From positions 288,001 through 352,000 of the forward strand of contig CBDCKN010000015.1 of NCBI GenBank assembly GCA_965218295.1: a stretch of DNA of 64,000 nucleotides, written 5' to 3'. This stretch comes from Longimicrobiales bacterium. Lineage in GTDB: Bacteria > Gemmatimonadota > Gemmatimonadetes > Longimicrobiales > Gaopeijiaceae. The stretch's first letter is position 1. The number at the start of each line of letters is the position of its first letter. The notes under the pieces are model-generated. The model was not told the DNA's origin, ran no database searches, and saw only the letters and a program-made list of their open reading frames with translations. The translations under genes and the position numbers were made by a program. Below, piece by piece: positions 48,944 to 61,470 of the stretch.

Positions 48944-49225
48944 TGCCGGACCCGGGGAGAGAAGCGTGACCAGAGGGGTGCGGGAAAGCTAAGCGCTGTG
49001 GTTGTGCCAAAAAAGGCCGACATTATGACAGGGGGACTGCAACTCCGGCACGTTTTTGCGCTCAGGGACTGGCAGGATTCGTGCAAGGGGGGTCAATTCT
49101 GGAACTAACTTGGCTCCGCGCCTTCCCGGAAGTGGTTCCGGAGAGGAGTCGGGGCGACATTTACTTACATGCCATACGGCCTCGGGCCTGTTCGAGGAGC
49201 CCGAGGGCGTTCGAAGTGAGGAATC

Positions 49226-51841
<2,616 letters not shown>

Positions 51842-51907
51842 GGCGCTGCCGACGTCCCGGCCTACGAAGGTCGCCCCGCTCGGGCGGCCCCGGGCCCCGA
51901 GGCCGGC

Positions 51908-52966
51908 TCAGAGGATCTTGATGGTTCCCGGAGCCCCTGCCGTGACACGGCCGATGACCGTGACGGCGGGGGCCTCTTCTTGCAGGTCGTCCAGAAGCTT
52001 TTGGACGCGGTCTTCCGGCACCGAGATCAGCATGCCTCCCGAGGTCTGGGCATCGGCCAGAGTGAGGCGCCGGGTCTCGTCACTACCGCCGAAGTCCACG
52101 CTATCCTCCAGATCCTCCAGGTTCCGCCGGGTGCCGCCCGGGACGTGCCCCTGGGCGATGAGCTCTTCGACTCCCGGAAGGACGGGAACCGAGGCACCCT
52201 CGACTTCGGCGGCGACACCGGATTGGGTGAGCAGGTTGGCCAGGTGCCCCAGGAGGCCGTAGCCCGAGACGTCGGTCGCGGCTCTGATGCCGGCCTGCAC
52301 CATCGCCTCGGCGGCACCCCGATTGAGCGTGGTCATGCTGGCGACGGCGGCGCTCACCGCCCCTGATGGAGCCGCCTCGGCCTTGATGGCAGTGGCGACG
52401 ATCCCGGTACCGACGGCCTTCGTGAGCACCAGGACCTCACCGGCCTGGGCCTCGGCGTTGGTCACCACGGTGTCCTCCTGCGCCTCGCCCACGACCACCA
52501 TGCCGTATTTCGGCTCCGGATCGTCCACAGAGTGGCCTCCCATGATGGGGATCCCCGCTTCGCGAGCGATGTCCGATCCTCCGCGGATGATCTCGTCCAC
52601 GATCCCCTCCCCCAGGAGCTCACGGGGGAACGCGAGGAGATTCAGCGCGAAGAGGGGTCGCGCCCCCATGGCATAGATGTCCGACAAGGCGTTGGCCGCG
52701 GCGATCCTCCCGAAGTCGTACGGGTCGTCGACCACGGGGGTGAAGAAGTCCAGGGTGACCACAAGGGCGCGACCGTCGCCGAGTGAGTACACGGCGGCGT
52801 CGTCGCTGGTGGAGGCGTCCACCAGCGCCTGAGCACTCTCGATGGGGACCAGGTGACGCAGGACCTGCGCCAGCTCGGACATGCCGAGCTTACTGGCTCA
52901 ACCGGCTCCGTGAGCCAGCTGGGTCAGCCGGATCCTGGGCCTCTCATCCCTGGGCTCTTCGGACAT
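51908..52966 (-). CDS. selD: Selenophosphate synthetase containing selenocysteine
   Basis: IRLTQLAHGAG-TGA(52898-52900)-ASKLG continues in frame into DDAAVY, DFFTP, ANALSDIYAMG, GGHS, DAQTSGG. Confidence 0.93.
52854..52897 (-). promoter_or_regulatory. Candidate bacterial SECIS element
   Basis: After the UGA: GCUCGG-CAUGU-CCGAGC hairpin and an alternative UGGCGCAG-GUC-CUGCGUCA hairpin. Confidence 0.55.
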
Positions 52967-53085
52967 CTGCCTCACCATCTGGCATCCGCCGCGGCGGATG
53001 TAGGGTCTCGTCGGACGATCCGCGGATCGAAGGTGCGGCCAATGTAAACGGGGGCGCTTGGACGGGAAACACGGTAGATTCGTGT

Positions 53086-53943
53086 ATGCGTGCCCCAGCC
53101 CGATCTGCACGTGGCCTGCTCGGCGAGGCCGTCCAGAAGTCGGAGCGCGACCTCGAGCTCGGCCGAGCGGTTCTCCTCATCGCCCAGGAGGAGTATCCAC
53201 AGCTCCCCGTCGAGCGATACATGATGCGCCTCGATGCCCTGGCGGAAGCCGCCAAGGACCGCCTCGACGACGAGACGGCGGGTCCGGTGGTCCTGCGGGA
53301 GCTGATTCGCACCCTGTACGAACGCGAGGGCTTTCGCGGCAACAAGGAAGCCTACCACGATCCTAGAAACTCTTTTCTCAACGATGTTCTGGATCGCCGG
53401 CTCGGCATTCCGCTGACCCTCGGGATCATCCTCCTGGAGGTGGGATGGCGTCTAGAGCTACCCCTCGAGGGCGTGAACTTCCCGGGGCACTTCCTCATCC
53501 GATATCGGGGCGCGTCGCAGAACCTCCTCATCGATCCCTTCGACAACGGACGGATCCGTTTCGAGGACGAGGCTCAGGAGCTTCTGGACCAGGTGTACGG
53601 AGGCATAGTCCGGATGCAGGACGCGTTCCTTCGATCTGCCACGAAGCGGGACATGATCCATCGGCTCTTGGTAAACCTCAAGGGCTTGTACGTGAACGTC
53701 CGCGACGACGAACGAGCTCTGGCGGTGGTGGAGCGCCTGTTGCTGTTGCGCCCGGACTTCCCCGGCGAACGGCGCGACCGCGGCATGCTGCTCGTCAAGC
53801 TCGGCCGTTCGAGCGAGGCGAAGGAGCAGCTCCAGCGGTACCTGGAGTTCGCTCCGCAGGCCGCCGACGCTCCGCGCATCCGGTCCCTGGTGCGACGGCT
53901 CGAGCGAGAGGGCGACGCTGGACGGCCCGAGCTCGAGGAGTGA
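53086..53943 (+). CDS. SirB1/transglutaminase-like protein with a C-terminal TPR
   Basis: GFRGN..YHDPRNSFLNDVLDRRLGIPLTL, GVNFPGHFL, ERRDRG. Confidence 0.9.
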   Translation: MRAPARSARGLLGEAVQKSERDLELGRAVLLIAQEEYPQLPVERYMMRLDALAEAAKDRLDDETAGPVVLRELIRTLYEREGFRGNKEAYHDPRNSFLNDVLDRRLGIPLTLGIILLEVGWRLELPLEGVNFPGHFLIRYRGASQNLLIDPFDNGRIRFEDEAQELLDQVYGGIVRMQDAFLRSATKRDMIHRLLVNLKGLYVNVRDDERALAVVERLLLLRPDFPGERRDRGMLLVKLGRSSEAKEQLQRYLEFAPQAADAPRIRSLVRRLEREGDAGRPELEE

Positions 53944-53950
53944 GCGACCG

Positions 53951-55069
53951 ATGAGTGGGCCTTCGCGAGAGGATCACGAGCACGCGGGCGCCCTCTTCGG
54001 CCTAGTACGAGGGGTCGAGGTCGCACGACATTATGGCGACCCGGCGGAGGAGTATACCTCGGCCGTCAGCGGGGTCGCCGTGCGGGATCGTAGTCATAGA
54101 TCTCGCCTTCTGGTGACGGGACGGGCGCCCGTCGACACCCTGAGTGGCGTTCTCACCGGCCGGATGCCCCGTCCACCGGCGGGGTCACCCGGAGGCGCCG
54201 TTAGGGGGATGGCGGAGTACTCGGCGGTCCTCACTCCCAAGGGAAGAGTCGTCGCCGATCTAAGAGCCATGTGGGGGCCCAGTCCGGAGGAGGAGAGCCT
54301 TTTCCTGGATGTGCCCGCTCCCGCTTTGGATCCGCTGCTGGCGAACCTGCGACGCTACGTCCCACCCCGCCTCGCGGCTGTCGAGGACGTATCCGACGAT
54401 GCGGCACTTCTCACGGTGCTGGGACCGGAGGCGGCCGCCGTGCTGGGGGAGGTGCTGCTCGCCTCGGATGGGGTGGCGGAGGCCCTGGAGAGCTTGGGAG
54501 AGGATGAGTATCTGGTGAGCGGGAAGGGAGGGGAGCGCATTCTCAGAACTTCGGATGTCGACACTCCGGCGTGGGACCTCTTCACGTCGAATGAGCGGTC
54601 TCGGGAGCTGTGGAAGCAACTTCTGTACCGAGGGGTCAGGCCCGTGGGGGCCGGCGTATGGGACACCCTTCGGGTGGAGGCCGGGCGACCTGTCTTCGGC
54701 CAGGACATGGACGAATCCAAGATCCTCTCGGAGGTCGGCATCGTCGACCGGGCAGTGGACCACTCCAAGGGATGCTACACGGGACAGGAGGTGATCATCC
54801 GGATTCGTGACCGCGGCCACACGAACAAGACCCTTCGAGGATTGTACTTGGGTGACGGGCCTGCGCCCGGAACCGATGCCGAGCTCTTCCACGAGGGAGC
54901 CGTGGTGGGACATGTGACGAGCGCCGTGGACTCGCCCCGCTACGGAGGCGGAATCGCTCTCGGCTACGTTCGCCGGGAGGTGCCCCCGGGAGGGGTCGTC
55001 GCCGTTGGATCGGCCGACGGTCCGGGTGCCTCCGTTCGTGAGCTGGCACCGGGATGGGCCGTTCCTTAA
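53951..55069 (+). CDS. ygfZ: YgfZ/GcvT family folate-binding protein
   Basis: LTPKGR, LRVEAG.P, KGCYTGQE. Confidence 0.88.
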   Translation: MSGPSREDHEHAGALFGLVRGVEVARHYGDPAEEYTSAVSGVAVRDRSHRSRLLVTGRAPVDTLSGVLTGRMPRPPAGSPGGAVRGMAEYSAVLTPKGRVVADLRAMWGPSPEEESLFLDVPAPALDPLLANLRRYVPPRLAAVEDVSDDAALLTVLGPEAAAVLGEVLLASDGVAEALESLGEDEYLVSGKGGERILRTSDVDTPAWDLFTSNERSRELWKQLLYRGVRPVGAGVWDTLRVEAGRPVFGQDMDESKILSEVGIVDRAVDHSKGCYTGQEVIIRIRDRGHTNKTLRGLYLGDGPAPGTDAELFHEGAVVGHVTSAVDSPRYGGGIALGYVRREVPPGGVVAVGSADGPGASVRELAPGWAVP

Positions 55070-55461
55070 CCTGCCGTCACTCTCTCCAACAGCTTCTCGA
55101 CCCGGACTTCGATCTCGTCACGTACCGCGTTGAACTCGCCCGGTGACATGTCTCGGGGATCGGCTAGGTCCCAGTCGTCCCGTTCGGCTGCGGGTATGTA
55201 GGGGCAGTCATCGCCGCATCCCATTGTGATCACGAAGTCGTAAGGACCCGGAGGGACCTCCGAGACCGACTTGGACCGATGGGTGGAGAGGTCGTATCCC
55301 ACCTCGCCCATGGCCCGCACGGCGCGCGGGCTCACCTTGCCGGAGGGTCGGGAGCCGGCCGAGTAGGACTGGAGGGTCCCCTGGCCGTGGATTCGAGCGA
55401 ACGCCTCGGCCATCTGACTCCTGTTCGAGTTTTCCGTGCACACGAAGAGGATACTCGTCAC
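55066..55461 (-). CDS. arsC: Arsenate reductase (LMW-PTP fold)
   Basis: LFVCTENSNRSQMAE, SAGS, ITMGCGDDCP; AGGAG before the GTG. Confidence 0.88.
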   Translation of the reverse strand: MTSILFVCTENSNRSQMAEAFARIHGQGTLQSYSAGSRPSGKVSPRAVRAMGEVGYDLSTHRSKSVSEVPPGPYDFVITMGCGDDCPYIPAAERDDWDLADPRDMSPGEFNAVRDEIEVRVEKLLERVTAG

Positions 55462-55783
55462 ACGTTGATCTCCTGACATTCTCGGCCGCCGGCCTCTCTC
55501 TGTGTCGCTCAAGAATACCTTTCGTTCTCGGCCATGCCACCGGCCGAGCGGTTGAGTGCCGCACGGGGGGCGCGATAAAGGCCCCTGGCTGAGTGACCGT
55601 TGGGCAACTCACCCGTCATGTGGTGTAAGAGAGGCGCTTGGGCGAGCCGGGGGGGATACCCGGGAAGCGCCTCAAGTTGCCGTCGGCCTGGCCGTTACGG
55701 GTAGATCCGGCCTGCCAGCGCCGCTATTGTTTCACGCTCTAGACCCGTGTTTTCAAATGATCTTCGCACAGAAGGAGTTGTCC

Positions 55784-56341
55784 ATGTTGCGCCGCGTGGC
55801 TTCGGGGAAAGGATTTCTGGCCGTCGGTTTCACCGCCGTGGCTCTGGTGGCGGGTGGTGGATCGCTATCCGCCCAGGAGTCAGCCGCCACCAAATTCGGT
55901 GTTTTCAACGCCGACCGTATCATGGCCGAGTCGCAGGCAGGTCAGCAGGCCCTCGCGCTGTTCAGTCAGCTCCGGGACCAGCGCGTGGGCGAGCTACAGT
56001 CCCAACAGGATGAGATCAACAACCTGCGCCAGCAGGGACTCGCAGCGGATCCCAATAGCCCGCAGGCGGCCCAGCTCCAGCGGCAGCTCGAAGACCGGAT
56101 GCTCCAGTTGAACCGCCTCCAGGAGGATGTTCAGCAGGAGCTGGGCAACCGGCAGAACGAGCTGACGGGAGAGATCACGCAGCGCGTTGGGCAGATCATC
56201 GAGGCCCTAGGGCAGGAGGAGGGCTACACCCTCATCTTCAACTCCATCCAGAGTGGATTGGTGTTCGTGGACCCGTCGATGGACATCACTCCAGAGATCA
56301 TCCGCAGGCTCGACGCCGCCAACCCGGCCGGCGGCCTCTAG
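55784..56341 (+). CDS. skp: OmpH/Skp periplasmic chaperone
   Basis: Signal peptide, KFGVFN, coiled coil, GYTLIF...DITPEII; AAGGAG RBS. Confidence 0.88.
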   Translation: MLRRVASGKGFLAVGFTAVALVAGGGSLSAQESAATKFGVFNADRIMAESQAGQQALALFSQLRDQRVGELQSQQDEINNLRQQGLAADPNSPQAAQLQRQLEDRMLQLNRLQEDVQQELGNRQNELTGEITQRVGQIIEALGQEEGYTLIFNSIQSGLVFVDPSMDITPEIIRRLDAANPAGGL

Positions 56342-56362
56342 AGGCGAGCCTCACCGGAACGG

Positions 56363-56400
56363 AAACGAGGGGGGTCGCCTTGCGGTGGCCCCCCTCGTTT
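56363..56400. terminator. Probable bidirectional intrinsic terminator
   Basis: aaacgaggggggtcgcc-ttgc-ggtggcccccctcgttt between convergent genes. Confidence 0.8.
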
Positions 56401-56441
56401 GCCTGTCGGGCAACGGGTCGAAATCCGCGCTCGGCTTCCGG

Positions 56442-57107
56442 TCAGCGGAAGATTCCGCGGTCGAAGCCCCGGCCGTAACCGCGTCTGAGCATCTGGCTTC
56501 GGTCGAAGCCCCTCATGCCCGGCCCGTCGAAGCCGGGTCCGAAGCCTCGCGCGCCGAATCCGGCAGCGCGCCCCATGCCCCGTCCTCCGAAGCCCCCGCG
56601 ACCTCCGGGGCCCCTCCTGAAGCCGCGGCCTCGGCCGGGGCCGCGACCGCGCCTCATCCCTCGATCCGGAGCGCCCCCTCCCCGCAGCGACTGCAGCTGA
56701 TCCTTCTGCTCGTCGGTCAGGATCGCGTCTATCTGCTCTCGGTAGGCGTTCTGCTGCTGCATCATGGCGTCCCGCTGTGCCGTCATCAGATCCAGGAACT
56801 GTCCCTGGGTGATCTCGCCGTCGCGAAGCTGATCCCGCATGCCGCGTATCTGGAGACGGGCACCGTCGTGTGCCTCTCGGTCCGCTTCCTCGGTGCTCTT
56901 GAGGCTCTCCACCTGCTCATCCGCCAGGTTCAGCTCCTCCCTGAGCCATATGAGCCGGTCTGCCGCCCGCATTCCCATCGGCTGGAATCCGCCCATCATC
57001 GGCTCCTGGCCTCGCATGCCTCGCTGGCCCCCCGGGCCGGCCTGACCCTGGAGGGGAACCGCGAGTAACAGCGCAAGAACCGTCACGGTTCCTGAAAGTC
57101 CCCTCAT
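56442..57107 (-). CDS. Spy/CpxP-like periplasmic protein with an Arg/Gly-rich tail
   Basis: Signal peptide, LNLADEQ and ILTDEQ (LTxxQ) motifs. Confidence 0.75.
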   Translation of the reverse strand: MRGLSGTVTVLALLLAVPLQGQAGPGGQRGMRGQEPMMGGFQPMGMRAADRLIWLREELNLADEQVESLKSTEEADREAHDGARLQIRGMRDQLRDGEITQGQFLDLMTAQRDAMMQQQNAYREQIDAILTDEQKDQLQSLRGGGAPDRGMRRGRGPGRGRGFRRGPGGRGGFGGRGMGRAAGFGARGFGPGFDGPGMRGFDRSQMLRRGYGRGFDRGIFR

Positions 57108-57244
57108 TGCTCATATCCTCCAACTGGATTCATCGCGTTCTCGGTCGTGCGTGCGGAAGGCCTTTGGCGAGACCCTTGTCCGACCTCTGTCTCCTTAGAT
57201 GGCCCGAGCTCCGGGGTCGTTAAGCGGTCCTTCGCGGGGTCCCG

Positions 57245-57499
57245 CTAGTCCTTCGGGTTCGCGGGCGGGAGCTCGCGGCGACCTTCTCTCGGCTCCAAGA
57301 GATCCTTGTAGAAGTCCCGCTCCTCCTCCAGGCGCTCGAGGCGCCCGCTCAGGTCACCTATCGTCTCCCGAATTCGGTGGAGCTCCTCCGTACCGACCTG
57401 GAGCGATTCTCCACGCCGCGGGTGGGAAAGGCGGCGTTGCACGATTCTCCCGGCGGTCGTGATGAAGACGAGGGCGAGAATGAATTCGAAGATGCCCAA
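57245..57499 (-). CDS. Small membrane-anchored coiled-coil protein
   Basis: N-terminal TM, RLERLEEERDFYKDLL. Confidence 0.65.
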   Translation of the reverse strand: MGIFEFILALVFITTAGRIVQRRLSHPRRGESLQVGTEELHRIRETIGDLSGRLERLEEERDFYKDLLEPREGRRELPPANPKD

Positions 57500-57744
57500 T
57501 ACCCCATCCTTGCTCTGTCGTGGCCTTCTGGTTGCAGGGCGCCCGGCTCGGTTCGCACGAGCTGCGTGGTGAATAGCGCGACGTACACCTTGGTGGCAAT
57601 CTATCGGATCCGCCGTGCGAGTCCATCACGGCTCCGCGCCGTGCGGGGCCGTCGGCGAGCAACGGAATGGGGGTCGCCGAGGGCCCGAGCGAGTACATTG
57701 GGAATGAATGATCGGTGATTACGTGGCCCTACAGGGAGCATGCC

Positions 57745-58215
57745 GTGAGGCACTTGATCGTTGGGTTGGTCCTCGTCGGGGCCCTTTCTGTGCCGTGCGA
57801 GGGGAGGGCGCAGATTTTCGGCGGGTTGTTCGGCGCGTGGGCACAGGACGCTTTCGATGGCACGGCGGGGGTGGGAGCCCAGCTCGGCCTCGACATTCCC
57901 ATCCTTCCCGTGGACGTCTATGGGTCGGGCACCTGGTTTCTTCCCGACTGTGACGACTGCAAGCTGAAGGGCTGGTCGCTGGGAGTGGCTCTGAGGCCCT
58001 TGCTCTTCCCCGTGGCGCGCCCCTACGTGGTCGGCGGATTGGCCTCCAGGGATCTCGAGAATCCCGCCGGTTTGGACATGGACTCCAGTGGCGCCTTCGC
58101 CGGTGTGGGGCTGGATCTGGCACTAGTGGGTTTTCGGCTCTTCGCCGAGGGGCGTTACGAGTTTCTGGATGGGGAGCTGCGTCAGACCGTGGTGAGGGCG
58201 GGCGTGCTTTTTTGA
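57745..58215 (+). CDS. Small outer-membrane beta-barrel protein
   Basis: GGGAG RBS, signal peptide, PYVVGG, FAEGRY, terminal Phe. Confidence 0.75.
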   Translation: MRHLIVGLVLVGALSVPCEGRAQIFGGLFGAWAQDAFDGTAGVGAQLGLDIPILPVDVYGSGTWFLPDCDDCKLKGWSLGVALRPLLFPVARPYVVGGLASRDLENPAGLDMDSSGAFAGVGLDLALVGFRLFAEGRYEFLDGELRQTVVRAGVLF

Positions 58216-58290
58216 GTTCCCCAGATCGACGACATGGTGAGCGGAAGGGTGAGGTGACTGGACTGCCCCGAGCGCGGTCGAGGTGCCTCG

Positions 58291-59274
58291 TCAGGATTCA
58301 GTGAGCGACTGAACGATCTTGGGCCCGTGCAGCTTCCCGTTCTCAATGATGATCTTGTTGGCGTTGTAGCCGGCGGCCAGGACTCCCGCCACGTAGATCC
58401 CGGGAACGTCGGTCTCCATCGTCTCGGGATCATGGGTCGGAATGCCCGTCTCCCCGTCGATGGTCACACCCAGGGCGGCCAGCAACTCCCGATTCGGACG
58501 CCAGCCCGTCATGGCGAGCACCCAGTCGTTGGGGATCTCCACGGTCTCACCGGAGCCCTCCTTGCGGATCACCACCGAGGTGGGGCGGATCTCTGCGACC
58601 CGGTGCTCCCAGTAGACCGAGATCTCACCGTTCTTCAAGCGGTTCTGGATGTCGGGCACGACCCAGGGCTTCACTCCACGGTCGATCTGGTCCAGAAAGT
58701 GGACGATCGTAACCCTCGCGCCGGCGCGGTACGTCTCCAGGGCCGACTCGACCGATGAGTTGCCTGCCCCCACCACCAAGACGTCCTGGTCGTAGAACGG
58801 GTAGGGCTCCTGGTAGTAGTGCTTGACCTTGGGGAGGTCCTCACCGGGCACGCCCAGGTAGTTGGGCTCGTCGAATCCCCCCGTGGCGACGACGACGGCC
58901 CCGGCGCGGATCGAGCTCTCGACGCCTGCACGCGAGCGGGTGCTCACCGTGAAGTCGCCTCGGGTGCCCTCGATGGAGGTGACCTCCTCGTACTGGCGAA
59001 CGTCCAAATCGCAGTACTTCACGACACGGCGGTAGTAGACCAACGCCTCCCGTCGCGTCGGCTTCATCTCGGCGATGGTGAAGGGCACGCCGGCGATCTC
59101 CAGCTTCTCCGCCGTGCTGAAGAACGTCATGTAGTAGGGGTAGTCCACCAGCGAGTTGGTGACGCACCCCTTTTCGTAGAGTGTGGCCTCGAGGCCGCCA
59201 GTGGCTGCTGCTGCTCCAACGGCGATGCCGCAGGGCCCGGCACCTACCACGACCAGGTCGATATGCTCGCTCAT
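58291..59274 (-). CDS. ypdA: YpdA family FAD-dependent disulfide reductase
   Basis: VGAGPCG, FFSTAEKLEI, KPTRREAL.YYR, GAGNS, IENG..HG. Confidence 0.88.
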   Translation of the reverse strand: MSEHIDLVVVGAGPCGIAVGAAAATGGLEATLYEKGCVTNSLVDYPYYMTFFSTAEKLEIAGVPFTIAEMKPTRREALVYYRRVVKYCDLDVRQYEEVTSIEGTRGDFTVSTRSRAGVESSIRAGAVVVATGGFDEPNYLGVPGEDLPKVKHYYQEPYPFYDQDVLVVGAGNSSVESALETYRAGARVTIVHFLDQIDRGVKPWVVPDIQNRLKNGEISVYWEHRVAEIRPTSVVIRKEGSGETVEIPNDWVLAMTGWRPNRELLAALGVTIDGETGIPTHDPETMETDVPGIYVAGVLAAGYNANKIIIENGKLHGPKIVQSLTES

Positions 59275-59438
59275 TTCCTCTCACGCGATGTCGGTTGGGA
59301 GCGTCCAACCTACCGAGGCCGGCCTCTGTTCCCAAGGGCGCCGAGCGGGCATTTTCACCATACGCCCTTTGTTCGAGTGCCCCACGCACGTCAGCCCATG
59401 CGCCCAATCCGGTCCCCAAACATGGTTCTCCCCCTCAG

Positions 59439-59705
59439 ATGAGCACACCCGAAAGCGAGGGCCGCAAGGCGCTGAATCGACTGCGTCGTGCAGTGGAGAA
59501 GAGTCGACGCGAAGTGGAGGCCCTTCGGGGAGCTCTCTCCCACGCCGAGGGAGAGGACTTTCCGGAGACCGAATATGAGGATGCGATGAACAACCTGATG
59601 GAAATCGAGGACTTCCTTGACCGCGAGGCCGCACGTTTGCAGGAGAAGATCCTGTCGTTCGGTGGCTTGGAGCCCGGTCGTGTCCGTCGGGGGTCGACGT
59701 CATGA
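59439..59705 (+). CDS. Hypothetical helical protein
   Basis: 88 aa, typical codon usage, ATGA overlap with the next gene. Confidence 0.7.
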   Translation: MSTPESEGRKALNRLRRAVEKSRREVEALRGALSHAEGEDFPETEYEDAMNNLMEIEDFLDREAARLQEKILSFGGLEPGRVRRGSTS

Positions 59706-61447
59706 GGCGCCGGGCGTTTCTGCGGGCGGGCGGAGCGTTGGGCGCGGCCGGTGCTCTCGGGGCCGTCGAGGCACTGGGTGCAGTCGGGGCGCTGGGGACG
59801 ACCAGTGTGAGGCGTGACGACCTGGGAGCCGTCCCCGCGGGTCCCGGTGGGAGCCCTCCGGACCTGGTCCTCCGCCGCGCCACGGTGTACGACGGGACCG
59901 GTGGCCCGGGAGTCGAGGCAGACGTAGCGGTCACCGCGGATCGCATCACGGCCGTCGGACGGATCGCCGAGGCCGGAGCCGAAGAGATCGATCTGGCAGG
60001 CATGGCCCTGGCGCCGGGCTTCATCGACATCCACTCCCACGCCGACCTCTCCCTCCTGGTCAATCCAAAGGCCGAGAGCCGGATCCGCCAGGGGATCACC
60101 CTCGAGATCGTGGGCCAGGACGGAAGCTCGGTGGGCCCGTGGTCCGAGGCCGGGTTCCAGGCCACGAAGGCGCGGTACCAGGAGAGCTACGGCGTCGAAA
60201 TCGACTTCCGGGATCTCGGGGGCTTTCTGGATCGCCTCGACCGGACCCCGGCGACCGTGAACCTGGCCACCATGGTGGGGCACGGCACCGTTCGAGGGTT
60301 GGTGGTGGGCTCGGAGGACCGGCCGGCCACCGAAGCCGAGCTGATCCGCATGAGAGGGCTCGTACGGGCGGCTCTCGAACAGGGAGCCGTGGGCCTCTCC
60401 TCGGGACTCGAGTACACACCGGGCTCGTTCGCCGCCACCTCGGAGCTCGTGGAGCTGGCCCGAGCCCTGGAGGGGACGGGCTACCCGTACGCGTCGCACA
60501 TGCGGAACGAGGATGACCGCTTGTTCGCGGCCATAGAAGAGGCGATCCACGTGGGTCTGGTGGCGGGGGTGCCCGTTCAGATTTCCCACCTGAAGGCTCA
60601 GGGCCGGCGGAACTACTGGAAGGCCGAGGCTGCTCTGCGAGCCATCGAGGAGGCCCGGGAGGCCGGCGTCGACGTGCACTTCGACCGCTATCCCTACATG
60701 GCGTACAGCACTGGGCTCTCCAACCTCTTCCCGACCTGGGCGCGGTCCGGGGGCAGTGCCGCTTTCCTGCGGCGCCTCCGCGATCCGGGCGAGCTTCCCG
60801 CCATCGAGCGCTTTGCCCGTGAGAAGGTCGCGCTCTTGGGGTCCTGGGACGCCGTCGAGATCACCTCGACGCGCACCGCGGCGAACGCCTACGCCCGGGG
60901 TCGGCGCCTGGGCGAGCTGGGGCAGGAACGCTCAGAAGAGCCGTTCGCTCTGGCCGTTCGCCTCATCATCGAGGAGGACAACGGAGTGGGCATGATCGGC
61001 TTCGGGATGTCGGAGGAGAACACCACGAAGATCCTGGCTCATCCCCTCGGCATGGTGTGCTCCGACGGCGGCAGCTACGCCCCCTACGGGGCCCTGTCGG
61101 GTGGCTCACCCCACCCCCGGGCCTACGGCACCTTCCCCCGTCTCATGGGGCACTACGTGCGAGACGAGGGGGCTCTCTCGCTGGAGCTCGCCGTGCACAA
61201 GGTCACCGCGCTGCCCGCCGCCAAGCTCGGCCTCGAGGACCGGGGCGTCATCCGGACCGGCGCCTATGCCGATCTCGTGGCGTTCGACCCCACGACGGTC
61301 ACCGACGGTGCCACCTTCGAGGCACCTCACCAGTATCCCGTCGGCATTCCGCTCGTGGTCGTGAACGGACAGGTGACCCTGAGGGAGGGTGAGCAGACCG
61401 GGATTCAGGCCGGGCGCGCGATCCGCGGTGGGGGGGCGACTGGGTAG
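59702..61447 (+). CDS. N-acyl-D-amino-acid deacylase, Tat-exported
   Basis: MRRRAFL Tat motif, PGFIDIHSH, SHMRNE, SHLK, HPRAYGTFPR. Confidence 0.92.
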   Translation: MRRRAFLRAGGALGAAGALGAVEALGAVGALGTTSVRRDDLGAVPAGPGGSPPDLVLRRATVYDGTGGPGVEADVAVTADRITAVGRIAEAGAEEIDLAGMALAPGFIDIHSHADLSLLVNPKAESRIRQGITLEIVGQDGSSVGPWSEAGFQATKARYQESYGVEIDFRDLGGFLDRLDRTPATVNLATMVGHGTVRGLVVGSEDRPATEAELIRMRGLVRAALEQGAVGLSSGLEYTPGSFAATSELVELARALEGTGYPYASHMRNEDDRLFAAIEEAIHVGLVAGVPVQISHLKAQGRRNYWKAEAALRAIEEAREAGVDVHFDRYPYMAYSTGLSNLFPTWARSGGSAAFLRRLRDPGELPAIERFAREKVALLGSWDAVEITSTRTAANAYARGRRLGELGQERSEEPFALAVRLIIEEDNGVGMIGFGMSEENTTKILAHPLGMVCSDGGSYAPYGALSGGSPHPRAYGTFPRLMGHYVRDEGALSLELAVHKVTALPAAKLGLEDRGVIRTGAYADLVAFDPTTVTDGATFEAPHQYPVGIPLVVVNGQVTLREGEQTGIQAGRAIRGGGATG

Positions 61448-61470
61448 CCCATGGGGACGAACGGCTAGTC

